Below are positions 28,301 through 39,759 of a stretch of 64,000 nt of DNA, piece after piece (within the stretch, counting starts at the first letter, position 1; the number at the start of each line of letters is the position of its first letter). The position numbers were made by a program, and so were the translations under genes. The stretch comes from Mobula hypostoma (lineage: Eukaryota). The notes beneath the pieces were generated by a model. That model was given only the letters and a program-made list of their open reading frames with translations. It was not told the DNA's origin and did no database searches. Location of the stretch: assembly GCF_963921235.1 (NCBI RefSeq), contig NC_086102.1, forward strand, positions 54,312,001 through 54,376,000. Direction: 5' to 3'.

Positions 28301-31300
28301 AGCACGCAAACGGAACCCTCAGCCTAAATGGTCATGCTAACCCCAGCGTCCTCCTGTCTAGTCCCATTACCTGCATTTGGTAAGAATCAATGACAAAGGT
28401 TGGTTTCAACTGCATTGTCTCAAGGTTGATAGCTTGCTTCAGGGCAACATTAACTGAGCAGAATTTTCAAGTTGATGTATCACTGGGTTGCCCTTGGACC
28501 AATATTTTGACGCGGTATATCTAATGTGTGTTCATTCAGCATATACACTAATTTTCTTCAGTGAGCAACTGCTGCCCTACCCATCCTATTTTCTTATGGT
28601 CTTTCCTAGGATGGCTCAATTGTGAATCTAATCTTGTGCTGAACTGGGAGCCTGAATGTGACCTACAGCAAACTATAGTGTTTATTGTTCATTTAATTCA
28701 TTGCAGCTGCTTTATATTTTACTACACTGTAAGTTTTAAAACTGATTTCAAATGGATTGACCCTATTGCCGTTGCTGTAATTTTTGATGAACTTTGTATA
28801 ACATCAGAGTATTACAACAGAGTAAGTTTCAACAATCCATTGCTTGCCATATGTACTGGTTTAAACTAATATGGCAGGGGGATGTGAATCAGGAGTATAG
28901 AGCTGACGAGGAGCCTGCAGGTTTACAAGTAGATGACGGATGTAACATGAATGTAAGGAAGGACAAGCCAATGAATGGGGTAAATGCAGACAGAGCAGAG
29001 AGTTAAATTGGACCACAGAGGCAAAATTCAAAAGGCCAAAGAATGCAGGACTGAAGGTGCTATATTTAAATGCGCTTAGCATTTGGAGTAAGGTGGAAGA
29101 ACTTGTGGAGCAATTAGAGATTGGTCAGTATGACGTTGTAGGCATCAATCGTGGCTGACAGAAGGCCATAGTTGGGAGCCTAACATCAATGGATATACTT
29201 TGTAACAAAAGGACAGGCAGGAAGGCAAAGGTGATGGTGTGGTTCTGTTCATAAGAGATGGAATTATATCTTTAGAAAGAGGTGACATCGGGTCAGAGAA
29301 TGTCAAATCTTTGTGGGTGGAATTAAGGAACTGCAAGGGTGAAAAAACCATTATGGGAATCATATATAGGCCTCCAAATAGTAACCAAGATGTGGGGTTG
29401 AGACTGCAGTGGGAGCTGGAAAAGGCATGTAATAAGGGTAATGACACAATTGTAATGGGGGACTTCAATAAGCAAGGGGATTGGGAAAATCAGATTGGTA
29501 TCGGATCACAAGAGAGGGAATTTGTTGAATGCCTACAAGATAGCATTCTAGAGCAGCTTGTGCTTGAGCCTACTCAGGGAAAGGCTTAGATTGGGTGTAG
29601 TATAATAACACCAATCTTATTAGGAAGCTCAATGTAAAGGAACACTTAAGAGCAGTGATAATAATATGATTGAATTCATACTGCAATTTGAGAGGGAGTA
29701 GCATAAGTCACATGTATCAGTATCGCAATGGAATAAGGGGAATTACAGAGGCATGAGTGAGGAGCTTTCCCAGGTGGATGGGAGAAGGATAGGGGTGGGG
29801 ATGATGGTAGAGCAGAGATGGCTGAAGTTTCTGGGAATAGTTCATAAGGCACAGGAGAGATATGTGTCACAGAAGAAGAAAATCTCGAATGGCGGGGGTA
29901 GGCAACCATGGCTGACAAGGGGAATTAAGGACTACATAAAAGCCAAAGAAAGGGCATATAAGGTAGCAAAAGTGAATGGAAAGTTGGATGATTGGGAAGC
30001 TTTTACAATCCACCAAAAGGCAAATAAAGGCTATAAGAAGGGAAAAGATGAAATATGAGGGTAAACTAGACAATAACATACAGCAGGATACCAAAAGTTT
30101 TTTCAGTTATATAAAGAGAAAAAGGAAGATGAATCTTGATATTGGACCACTGGAAAGTGATGCTGATGAGGTAGTAATGGGAGGACAAAGAAATGGCAGA
30201 CGAATTTAATGGGTGCTTTGCACCTGGCTTCACTGTGGAAGACACTAACAGTGTGCCAGAGGTGTGAGAGTGTCAGGGAGCGGGAGTGAGTGCCATTGCT
30301 ATTACAAATGGAAAAGGGCTAGACAAACCCAAAGGTCTTAAGGTGGATAAGTCACCCGGACCAGATGAACTACATCTCAGACTCCTGAGAGAGTCCTGAG
30401 GAGATCATGGGTGTAATGGTTATGATCTTTCAAGAATCAGTTGACTCTAGCATGGTCCCAGAGGACTGGAAGATTGCAAATGTCACTCCACTCTTTGAGA
30501 AGGAAGGAAAGCAAAGGAAAGGAAATTATAGGCCGGTTTGCCTAACCTCATTTCTTGTGAAAGTGTTGGAGTCTATTATTAAGGATGAGGCTTCGGGATA
30601 CTTGGAGACTAATGATAAAATAAGCCAAAGTCAGCAAAGTTTCTGTACAGGGAAATCTTGCCTGACAAATTTGTTAGATTTCTTCGAGGAAGCAGGGTGA
30701 ACAGAGGAGAGGCAGTGGATGTCACTTACTTGGATTTTCAGAAGGCATTTGGTAAAGTGCTACACATGAGGCTACTTAACAAGATAAAATCCTACGATGT
30801 TACAGGAAAGATACTGGCATGGATAGAGGAATGGCTGATAGGCAGGAGGCAGTGAATGGGAATATAGGGGGCTTTTTCTGGTTGGCTGCCAGTGACTAGT
30901 GGTGTTCCTCAGGAGTCAGTATTGCGACCGATACTTTTCACTTTGTTTATCAAGGATTTGGATAACGGAATTGATAGCTTTGTGGCAAAGTTTGAGGATG
31001 ATACAAAGATAGGTGGAGGGGGAGGTAGTTCTGAGGAAACAATGCAATTGCAGAAAGACTTACGACAAATTGGAAGAATGGGCAAAAAAGTGGCAGATGG
31101 ATGACAGTGTTGGGAAATGTACGATAATGCATTTTGGTGAAAGGAACAATAGTGCAGACTAATATCCAAATGGGGAGAAAGTTCAAACTCAAAGGTGCAG
31201 AGGAGTCCTCGTGCAAGACTTCCAGAAGATTAATTTACAGCTTGGGCCTGTGGTAAAGAAGGCAAATGCAATGTTGACATTTATTTCAAGGGGAATAGAA

Positions 31301-34300
31301 TATAAAATCAAGGAGATAATGCTGAGGCTTTATAAGACACTAGTCAGGGCTGCACTTCGAATATTGTCAACAGTTTTGGGCCCCATATCTCAGAAAAAAT
31401 ATGTTGACATAGGAGAGAATCTAGAGGAGATTCATGAGGATGATTCCAGGAATAAAGGGGTTAATATATAAGGAGCGCTTGGCAGCTTTGGGCCTGTACT
31501 CACTGGAATTTAGATGAATGCAGGGGAATCTCATTGAAACTGACTGAATGTTGAAAAGACTAGATAGGGTGGATGTGGAGAGGATGTTTCCTATGGTGGG
31601 AGTATCCAGGACTAGAGGGCACAGCCTCAGAATTGAAGGGTGACCTTTGAGGACAGAGGTAAAGAGGAAATTTGTTAGCCAGAGAGCAGTGAATCTGTAA
31701 AATGCTCTGCCACCGACTACAATGGAGGCCAAGTCCATGGGTATATTTAAGGCAGAAGTTGATAGTTTCTTGACTGGTCAAGGCATCAAAGGATATGATG
31801 AGAAGGCAGGTGTATGAGATTGAGTGGGATCTGGGATCAGCCATGGTGGAATGGCAGAGTAGACTCAACGGGCTGAATGGCCTAATTCTGCTATGTCTGC
31901 TATTGCTTTACTAATGTTTTACATCTAAATACATTGATTTTTCCTATATTCTTTGTTGCAAGGTGAAGTTATCAGTATCTCTCCTCTTTACCTACTGTAA
32001 TATAAAAGAGAAAGAAAAATAGTCTTTCACTATTAAATTTATTCTTGCACTCCACATCTCATCTACCCCATGAATTTACAATGTCTACCTAGTTGTGTAC
32101 TTTTTGTGGAAATGAATTTACAGTTCACATCAACCCACTTTTTCCTTTACAGAAGACATTACTTTTTTAGCCATTAATATTCTTGTCCATTATGCTTATA
32201 GGTGATCTTGGGCAAATTTCCCCTTAGCTTTTATCATGCGCTAGTTCTCTCTAGTGATTAGAAAATAAAATAAGTGCTACATAAATTGATAATTCATTCA
32301 TAGTTAGTTTTACAGTTGGCTGAAGATGACTTTCCACCCCCTCTTTTCACCCGTGAAGAAGCTTGATCTGCTAAAAGCCATGTAACACTGCTAATTTCAT
32401 CCCAGATAATGATGTTTCCTGACAGAACTGGTACAAAAATGCAGTCTGAAATCCCTCAGATAATTAAAATTGACTTATTTCTCAGATTTTAGAAGTGATT
32501 GATTTTTAAAATCGTACACTTAATTGTGTAACTTTCAGCTTTCTAGATCAATATGGAATTAACCCAAACTATTTGCAACAACTACTTCCCATTTACATTT
32601 CATATTTTAGTTTCTTCAAAATCTGTTAATTTACTAGTATTTTGATCCCATATAAGAAAGATAATGCTTTTGGAGCAAAGTACCTGGCTGAATTCAGTTT
32701 AGAAATAAAAAAATTACAAGAAGCTAATGTTAAATGTTAAGAAAAATAATCGCTTTGTTGCGCAGTTGGTCTCAAGCATCTCTCTTCCTATAGAATCTCT
32801 GCTTTAATTGGTACAAAGTCTTAAAATCAGTTGTTAAAATAAAATAATTTTTAGGTGTTCTACCCTTGTGTCTACCATAATTTTTATGTGTATGTGAGAT
32901 ATCATTGACTTTGCTTATTGTTCCATCCTCATTTCCAAGAAAATAAAAGCCCGTTGTGGTTCCTTAATGTTCTGTTCCAGAAATTAGTGTCTCATTATTT
33001 CAGTAAATTCTCCCTCAGATGCAACAATTGCGCACTCACATTTTGCATTTTGATCCCCTTGAGGAAGACTGAAATCCCCTAGTACAATAGTTTCCAATTT
33101 GGGAGTCTGCTAAATATCGCTAAGGTTCCAAAAAACTTTATTATTATTGAAGTAATTTAGTTAGTTAGAAAGTTCACTAAGTATGAAATAATTAAAAATG
33201 AACTTGTTACAACATCTGCCCTACCCACTGCCAACAGTTGCTGTAATTCTCTGGGACAGTCCAAATTCTTATCAGGAGTGACCCATGACTACATCAGGTG
33301 TCTATGTGGGTGGGGGGCAGACACAAATTTTACAGAGAGTGTGGAAGTAGTACTTTCCTTCAAGAAAAGTGAAAACTAATGACTGAGAATGGGTCCTGAT
33401 GACTTGCCACACTTTTACCTTAATGTTTCCATGAAGTAAGTTCAGTTCTTCACTTTAAATGCCATCAGCTGAAGTAGTACCATTTTCATCATTCAATTCC
33501 ATTCTAATTCGACTGTCTCAGATGAATATTGATTCCCATCTCCTGCTTTATTTCCCTGATGCTTCTTAACAAGCACTGAATATTGAAAATGTATTTCTTA
33601 ATCATCAACCATTATTTTCTTCCAAACAGGTTGTTATTTCTACAACATTTTTTACTTTTCTAAGCATCAGTGATTCTAGCTTTAATTCTTTACACTCTTT
33701 ACATTAATGAAAGTTCACTTCAGGTCCCAGCACTAACCCTGTGGTATACCATTGATTCGTGACTTTCAGTCAGTAAATCAACGCACCTTGTGGTACACCA
33801 CTGTTTACAGACTTGCAGTCAGTAAAATATCATCTGTCCAACATCACCAGACTAATTCTGGATCCCATGTGGCCTAACTTTCTGGACCAGCCATTCATGC
33901 AGGGCCTTGTCAAAAGTCTGTGTATACAACATTTACTGCCTTAAATTCACCAGTCTCAAAAAATCTGATTTGTGAGGCAGGATTTCTCATACACAAAACC
34001 ATTCAGATCCCGCCTAAATATTCTCTGTCTTTCCAAGTGATTGAAAGTCCTATTCGCAAAATATGGATACTCGTTTGTTTTGGCTACAAATAAATTATGA
34101 ATGTATTTGAGTATATCATCTTTAAATCTATTAAGAAGCTAATCACAGATTCCTAATACACTGTTCTGTTTCTTATTGTTATCTCATTTTCACATACTTA
34201 AAATTAGAGGTAGTTTGACACTGCACTGTCCATGACCGCAAGAAACTGCAGAGAGCTGTGCATTTATCTCAGCACATCACAGAAACCAGCTTCCCCTCGA

Positions 34301-36794
34301 TGGACTCTGCCTACACTTCTCACTGCCTCAGTATAGAAGCCAGTATAAAGAACAACCCACCAACCTCAGACATTCTCTCTTTTCATTACTCCTATCAGGT
34401 AGAAGATACAAAAGCCTTAAAGCATACACCACTAAGCTCAAGGAAAGCTTCCATCCCACTGTTGGAAAACTATTGAACAGTTCCCTACTATTATAAGAAA
34501 GGCCTTTGACCTCACAATCTACCTTACAACCTTGCATTTTATTATCCAATTGCACATGACTTTCTCTGTAATTGTTACACTTTATTCTGCAATCTGCTGT
34601 GGCGGTATCTCAATGCACTGTTGTCATAAATTGATCCATATGAATGGTGTACAAGACAAGCTTTTCTTTGTACCTTGGTACATTCACCTATTTCATTTTT
34701 GTGATAAGCCTGGTTTCATCTATAAGCTGCAGTTTAAAACTTAAAGATAACAAATGAACATGTAGAACGAGCTGCCAGTGCAAGTGGTGCACGTGAGCTC
34801 GATTTTATTGTTTAAGAGAAGCTTGGATAGGTACATGGATAGTAGGGCTAGCGAGGGCTATGGTCCCAGTGCAGGTTGATGGGAGTAGGAAGCTTAAATG
34901 GTTTCAGCTTGGACAAGATGGGCCAAAGGTCCTCTTTCCGTGTTGTATTTTTCTATGACTCTGTGACTCTACCAAGGATAGCTTTGAAAAATAACACAAA
35001 ACCTAGTCAGGTAGTGTAGGCTTGCGGTTATATTGTTGTTGAATGAGTCATTTGAATGTGAGATTGCAAAGATAACAAAATTTTAGGCAACATTTGCAGT
35101 CAGACCATTGTTTACTCCCAATAGCAGACAAAAAAAAAGTATTTTCAAACATTTCCCATCTGTGAAAATTCTAGTGCTTCCCCATTAAGCCAGTAAGCTT
35201 CTAACTCCTGGACAGGCATTGCAGTTTTGAGGATGGACGACACTTAGTTTTCATTCAGGGTGGGAACACAAAATCTTACTAAGCTTGGCATTTCTCTTCT
35301 AGGCAGTCCTTCAGGGTGCGGGTGGCTTGTTTCTACTCAAATTCTGAGGGTTATGTGGTCTGAGGTGTAATATGGCTTAAGAGGCCATTGTGGGACCTAC
35401 TGATTCTGCTGGAAGGGCTTACTGGGATGGGCGGGTGGGTAGTTTGATATCGATGCTCTCCTTCTGTTATTTTTTACCAGGTTATTGGCTGCTCCTGTCA
35501 AATAACCCTGCTTTCTGAATGGTCCTTCTCAACTAGAAGTGGCCATTGGCCAGAGGTTCCTATAAGTCGTGAATTGTTGCATTTCTTCAAGGAGATGTCC
35601 TTGAGAACACGATTGAATTCCCTCCACTGTGCACCCAGCACTTTCTCCCCATGATAGGTTGGGGTGTCTGTTTCAGGAAGAATGTAGTCATCATGCCAAT
35701 CAGGTAGCCTGTCCAACAGAACTGATGGAATGCATTAGAAATATTTTGCAAAAGTAGTTACTGGTGTTATTCCACCCCTCCCCTTGCTTTGAAGTGGCTG
35801 TTGTAAGCTGTCTTTAGCTTAGAGCGACGCTGGATGGCAGGGCTCGCTGCTGCTTAGTGGAACCTAGCACCAGGTTCGATTTCCTGATCCTCATGGGCTC
35901 TTTCCCTCAGCAAGGCGGCACTGGTTCACTGAAAGCAATGCCCGTCTTCAGAACGTTATAACTCTCGATTTACTGTAAGTATTACACATTTCCCAGGACT
36001 TCACTATCGGAGCGCAGTGTTGGCAGTGGAGCGTTGCAGTTGTTAGTATACGGCTCGTTCACTCACTTTCTTCAGTGAACAACTTAGCAATAATTTGGAA
36101 ATCACAAGTATTACCTGCACATTACAACTTGACTGAAACGGTGGCAACCTTGATTCTGGGACAGAACTTTCCCTATTTGCTCTGTACATTATTCGATTCC
36201 AACAGTAAGCTTGTCTGAGTAGCAGGCAACAAGAAGCTACATATCCAATCTCCCATCTGAACACCGACAATCGGCAAACTAAGAGAAATGCTTATCATAA
36301 TACGTTGCAGAAATGCATATCATTCAGGGTCTTGACCCTAGCCTCTGCAAATGCTTTTCCCTTTCAAATACGCACCTCCCCACAACGAAATTGAGCACCA
36401 GGTATAGAGGGCAGAACAGACTATATTGGCGTACTCCTCTTTAAAGAAACAAATCGGCAAGCCGATGTCGAATACATCAGTTTCAGACATTATTTTCAAT
36501 GCACTTACTATGGTATTTCAGCTCTTTACACTGTTGCATTCTTTTTTAATTAAACTGGTTGCAAAATACAACTCAAACGTGTTGTTTTTTGCATGCCTTT
36601 GTGAGGCTGTATATTACTCTACTACTCTCTTTCCTTTAACATTCCTCCTCCTTTCTACTCACCCTCAGCTGACCCCGATTTCCCAGTTCACTATCCTGTT
36701 AAGCCATTCGGCAGAACATACTGAGCTAAAGAAAACGTTAACGATTCTCACCGTCGGCCAGAGAGACCAGCAGAGCGAGCCCAAAGAGTTTCAT
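7289..36794 (-). CDS. CD200/OX-2-like Ig-superfamily gene, spliced model join(36794-36752, 21233-20898, 18502-18173, 7365-7289); 261 aa: leader-IgV-IgV-hydrophobic C-terminus
   Basis: Four exons of 43+336+330+74 coding nt (783 nt = 261 codons, then TAA) join in frame through GT-AG phase-1 introns: MKLFGLALLVSLAD|AQSPIVK...GKTCLNVL|AKSPHEE...GKTCLTVT|AHASQFRTERYFWIILGPLAISIVF*. Both V domains carry VxWxK, ExGCYxCLF and GKTCL, including the extra Cys pair typical of CD200 V domains. Orthology to CD200 was not tested. Confidence 0.8.
8555..9830 (+). mobile_element. Degenerate CR1 fragments with a PLE-end remnant at about 8790-8900
   Basis: FYKTLVKLHLGPCLQFW and the CR1 3' UTR. Confidence 0.65.
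11530..13900 (-). mobile_element. Cluster of CR1 fragments (mostly minus; a plus 3' end at about 12560-12800)
   Basis: LVRPNLEYCVKFRSP and WRIANVVSLFKKG motifs. Confidence 0.75.
13945..16110 (-). mobile_element. CR1 LINE ORF2 remnant
   Basis: YLDFQEAFDK, RLYKALVRLHLEHCVQFWAPYLRKD, RGHSLKIEG. Confidence 0.88.
16330..17640 (-). mobile_element. Degenerate CR1 fragment
   Basis: LEYYVRFWSACYRKD and KGDLRSTFFT-type motifs. Confidence 0.7.
18173..18502 (-). CDS. Exon 3: CD200-like IgV domain 2 (110 codons), absent from ORF track
   Basis: Acceptor ttctgtttccatttcacag|CA and donor ACTG|gtaagt; no stop codons. AKSPHEETQENKTAVISANVNFSCTTQLENIQQVIWKKLRGESEENIIKFNVKLNTFEKRDKRVSFISTNESVYTIELSGIKLEDEGCYQCLFNTSDIDSSSGKTCLTVT. 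Confidence 0.9.
19890..20100 (-). mobile_element. Degenerate HE1/V-SINE
   Basis: Reverse complement of the same V-SINE core (gtggaaaccactgcagccaaaggaaatccgtgtggtcatggagagaatg). Confidence 0.55.
20898..21233 (-). CDS. Exon 2: CD200-like IgV domain 1 (112 codons)
   Basis: Acceptor tatttctgtttcacag|CT and donor CTTG|gtaaga. Translation includes FTCTT...QVTWQK...DRVSI...LSGVRYEDKGCYQCLFTTFPAGSNIGKTCLNVL. The track ORF 20806..21288 reads through intron at both ends. Confidence 0.92.
21986..22398 (+). mobile_element. Tc1/mariner remnant with a nested Rex-like fragment (about 22200-22365, minus)
   Basis: TA|cagtgtgctagaaagtttgtgaaccc TIR and a degenerate partner ggttcacatactttc. Confidence 0.6.
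22670..23480 (-). mobile_element. CR1 5' region (ORF1 esterase-like segment)
   Basis: CYLQGSRIKDISDRVHSILKGEGGQPQVVYIDTIDIGRKR resembles the CR1 ORF1 SGNH esterase domain. Confidence 0.7.
24005..24613 (+). mobile_element. Rex1/Babar-type LINE 3' fragment
   Basis: NFYSCTVESILTGCITVWYG; tail aataaacctgattctgattctga. Confidence 0.8.
25343..25585 (+). mobile_element. HE1/V-SINE-type tRNA SINE
   Basis: ccacggtggcgtagcagttag...gagttcaatcc...gggttttctccggtgctcccatttcctcccacagtccaaa core, typical of V-SINEs. Confidence 0.75.
25685..26880. mobile_element. Older Penelope-like 3' fragments in inverted arrangement (minus about 25685-26440, plus about 26470-26880)
   Basis: GIY-YIG tail (LQLDGINIDFFNF) and pyrimidine-rich 3' region similar to 58612-61566. 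Confidence 0.7.
28855..31895 (+). mobile_element. Long CR1 LINE (ORF2 endonuclease and RT, multiply frameshifted)
   Basis: WVELRN..IYRPPNS, MGDFN, WKIANVTPLF.K, YLDFQKAF, TSGVPQ.SVL.P, CR1-type 3' end. Confidence 0.9.
34225..34745 (+). mobile_element. Degenerate Rex1/Babar-type 3' fragment
   Basis: HLSQHITETSFPSMDS.YTSHC, similar to the copy at 2823-3495. Confidence 0.6.
35290..35730 (-). mobile_element. RTE LINE 3' fragment
   Basis: GAQWREFNRVLKDISLKKCN resembles the RTE C-terminal GGQ..RFKD.LK.SLKKCN motif. Confidence 0.55.
36752..36794 (-). CDS. Exon 1: signal peptide MKLFGLALLVSLAD
   Basis: ATG at 36794-36792 is the first in-frame ATG after an upstream TAG. Hydrophobic leader, then donor G|GTGAGA in phase 1. 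Splicing to exon 2 gives an A-D-A|Q signal-peptidase site. Lies in a CpG-enriched region. Confidence 0.8.
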
Positions 36795-36988
36795 CTGGAG
36801 ATTGTCAAGCGGTTCGAAGATCCGGTTCCAATTCGCCGCAGAAGGTAAACTATTTTTCCGGGTAAGATCCACTGAGCGCAGCCGGCTGGATGCCTGCACT
36901 TTATTGGGAAGCTATTTCGATAGTGAATTTGGCCCAGAACCAATTTACGCACACTCTGTTAAAATTACCGACATCCACATGCCTTTTA

Positions 36989-36998
36989 TTTCAGTTCC
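36989..36998 (-). promoter_or_regulatory. Candidate Ets-IRF composite element (GGAACTGAAA)
   Basis: Exact match to the EICE consensus GGAAnnGAAA, about 195 bp upstream of the ATG. A short motif, so it could occur by chance. Confidence 0.35.
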
Positions 36999-37264
36999 CG
37001 AAATGAATACTAAATTGCTTGAAGGAAGTAACGTGCACGCCCATTTCTCAATTTACATCAATAGAGGAATGTGAGTACGTGTGCGTGTGTCCGCAAACCC
37101 GATTACTTTAAAAACTTCCTTACTTCTGAGCGAGTATTCAATAGTAGTTTCATTATCATTATTAGTTCACAACTCTAAACTATAGAATAATTATTTTACG
37201 TCTATACCGCGGGAAGCAAAAGGCTTGGGGTTACAAGGGTCGCTAATCTTTGTACCATTGATTA

Positions 37265-38040
37265 CGCTGGACAACAAAGATTTTTATTCCTGAATACTTT
37301 TGAATGGCTCTTATGGATTTTGGGCAGCAATGGATTTCACCATGAAACATCCCTCTCAAGCACCATTTTAAAAATTCGCCTATATGTTATTTCAATTCAT
37401 AATTCAACTGATGCCAAGATTAAGGAGGTACTTTTGTTGGTACGCAAATCAAAAGGTCATCAAGGACAGGTTATTCGAAGAATTTCTAGTGGGACCTGAG
37501 AAACTTGCATGGAAGGCATCCAAATATGTTGCTGAAAAATTTCTTTGCCAGTACAGAGCACCGAACATGCTTCAAGCCATACAGAATCACGAAGTGTAAC
37601 ATGTCACTAAAGATTCATTTTCTGCATTCCCATTTAGACTTCTTCCCTACAAATCTGGGCGCTGTCAGTGATGAGCATGGTGAATGGTTTCACTGGGACA
37701 TTGTGGTCATGGAGAAATGCTATCAGGGTAACCGGAATCCATCAACAACAGCAGATTATGGATGAACACGGACGCAAGAAGCCTCAGACACTGAGTAAAA
37801 ACAGAAATCATCAATAAAACATTTTAGCTTAGTCGAACTATTGCAAAGTGTCAGGACCATTGTGCAATTAAATGCATTTTTTCAATAAAAGTTAATTTCT
37901 TGTTTCTCCAAATTCCTACCCGATAGACTCCAAATTTCCACCTGATAGTTTGAAATATTTGTGTTCAGCCTCATGAGGTCTATAATAAACAAAAAAAAAT
38001 TCTGAGGAAGCAATACTTACAAAAAAAATGTTGTCCAGTG
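37265..38040 (+). mobile_element. Internally deleted DNA transposon, probably Chapaev3-like (CMC superfamily)
   Basis: Terminal inverted repeats cgctggacaaca (37265) and tgttgtccagtg (38040). Transposase C-terminal remnant MSLKIHFLHSHLDFFPTNLGAVSDEHGEWFHWDIVVMEKCYQG. Family assignment is from recalled motif similarity. Confidence 0.6.
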
Positions 38041-39009
38041 TTTTTGCTAAGCCAAAACATGAGATGGGAGAAAGTTTTCCACACACGCTATTACTACTAC
38101 TTGAAGGTTATAGCAAATGCCCTGGCTTCAAGGACCCTAGGACCAACTGAGACACTTTGGATTATTGTTCAGTTTGTTCTGGAGCCCTGGTTTGTTAGGT
38201 TGCTTCTGTGCTTCTGAGTAACTTGTATACTCCTGCCACCAGCAGGTTTCCACTGAGACAGCCTGCAGAGTGGCCATTCATTCTGAATGGGGTAACAGAA
38301 TCCAAAAAAAAATTAATCCCCAGCTCTAACATAAATCGCTCCAGATCAGTACAGAGCCGTAGAGTTATACAACACAAAAAAGGCTCTTTGACCCAACTTA
38401 TCCCTGACCAAGGGCTGAACTAGAACCATTTGGCTGCTGCATTTGGCCCCTACCCCTCAGAAGTTTTACATAAACCTGTCTACTGCTTCTTTTGGCAGCT
38501 CCTTCTATACACTCATCACCCAATGTAATGAAAAATGTGCTTCTCACATCCCCTTTAAACCTCCCTTCTTCTTGTTAATCTACGTCCTCTAATTTTAGAA
38601 TCTTCGAACCGGGGAAAGGACTGTGACCATTCGCTTTACCTATGCCCTCAATATAAAATGTTGTGCTTATTACAATGGATCTTATTGGTTTGCCTATGGA
38701 GTTGATAACTGATAACAGAAAGGGGTTGAGAGAGATGCGGTGGAATGGCAGAGCAGACCTGATGGGCTGAATAATCTAATTCTGCTCCTTTGTCTTGTAG
38801 TCTGTTTACAAAGTTGTCAAAAGTTGAGAGTTTAGACTATATATAAATTAGCATATACTCTTTGAGTTTATTTTCTTGCAAGCATTTACAGGGAAAAATG
38901 AGATACAATAGAATTTTACAAAAAAACTACATAAACAGACAAACAACACACACAAAAAATGCTGGTGAATGCAGCAGGCCAGGCAGCATCTATAGGAAGA
39001 GATACAGTG

Positions 39010-39037
39010 GACGTTTCGGGCCAGGACCCTTCGTCAG
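39010..39037 (-). ncRNA. Minimal type-I hammerhead ribozyme motif in a PLE end
   Basis: CTGACGA-AGGG tcctgg CCC-GAAA-CGTC: intact CUGAnGA and GAAA cores, stem II and palindromic ACGT stem III. Confidence 0.6.
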
Positions 39038-39759
39038 GACTAACTGAAAGAAGAGATAGTAAGAGATTTGAAAGTGGGAAGCGAAGGGGGAGATCTGAAA
39101 TGATAGGAGAGGAGATAAAGACTGATTAACACCAATATGCAAATCAAAATATACTGAGAACACGAGTTGTAAAGAGTCCTTGAGAGTGAATCTATAGGTC
39201 GTTAAATCTGCTCAGAATAGTAGTGAATGAAGTTATCCACACCAGTTCAGGAGCCTGATGGTTGTAAGCTAATAACTGTTCCTGGATCTGCTGATGTGGG
39301 ACCTAAGGCTTCTGTATCTCCTGCTCGACGGTAGTAACAAGAAGAAGGCATGCCCTGGATGGTGGAGGACTTTGACGATGGTTTAAAGATAGAGTTGAAA
39401 ATAACATCTACACATCAACTTGACAAATATAGATCATTTTGGATATTCACCAGATGGAGCAGCAAAGTTAGCCAGGATAGGAACACTGTCAATCACCCAC
39501 TCTAATGTTTTCCATATGCATTCTCTTTATCACCAACTGAAAGTATCAGCTTAGGCCTTGGGGAAATCATATAACTCTACAAAAATTCAGTTGAAGTTAT
39601 TGTGGAGAGGGTGATGAATTCCTGTGGAATATCAAACCTCCTCCAAAATTGAACTGCTAGAAGCAGCAAAAACTGCTGATTCAGACAAATATTTGTGTTG
39701 TGTACAAGGACACATTCACACAGGAGGTTCTGCAACTTCAGACAATATAAGACCTTAAG

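Larger units (their letters stand above)
35820..37210. promoter_or_regulatory. CpG-enriched promoter/first-exon region of the CD200-like gene
   Basis: CpG dinucleotides are visibly more frequent than in the flanking unique DNA, spanning the ATG exon. CCAAT-like and GGAA (Ets-like) motifs lie upstream on the minus strand. Confidence 0.5.
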
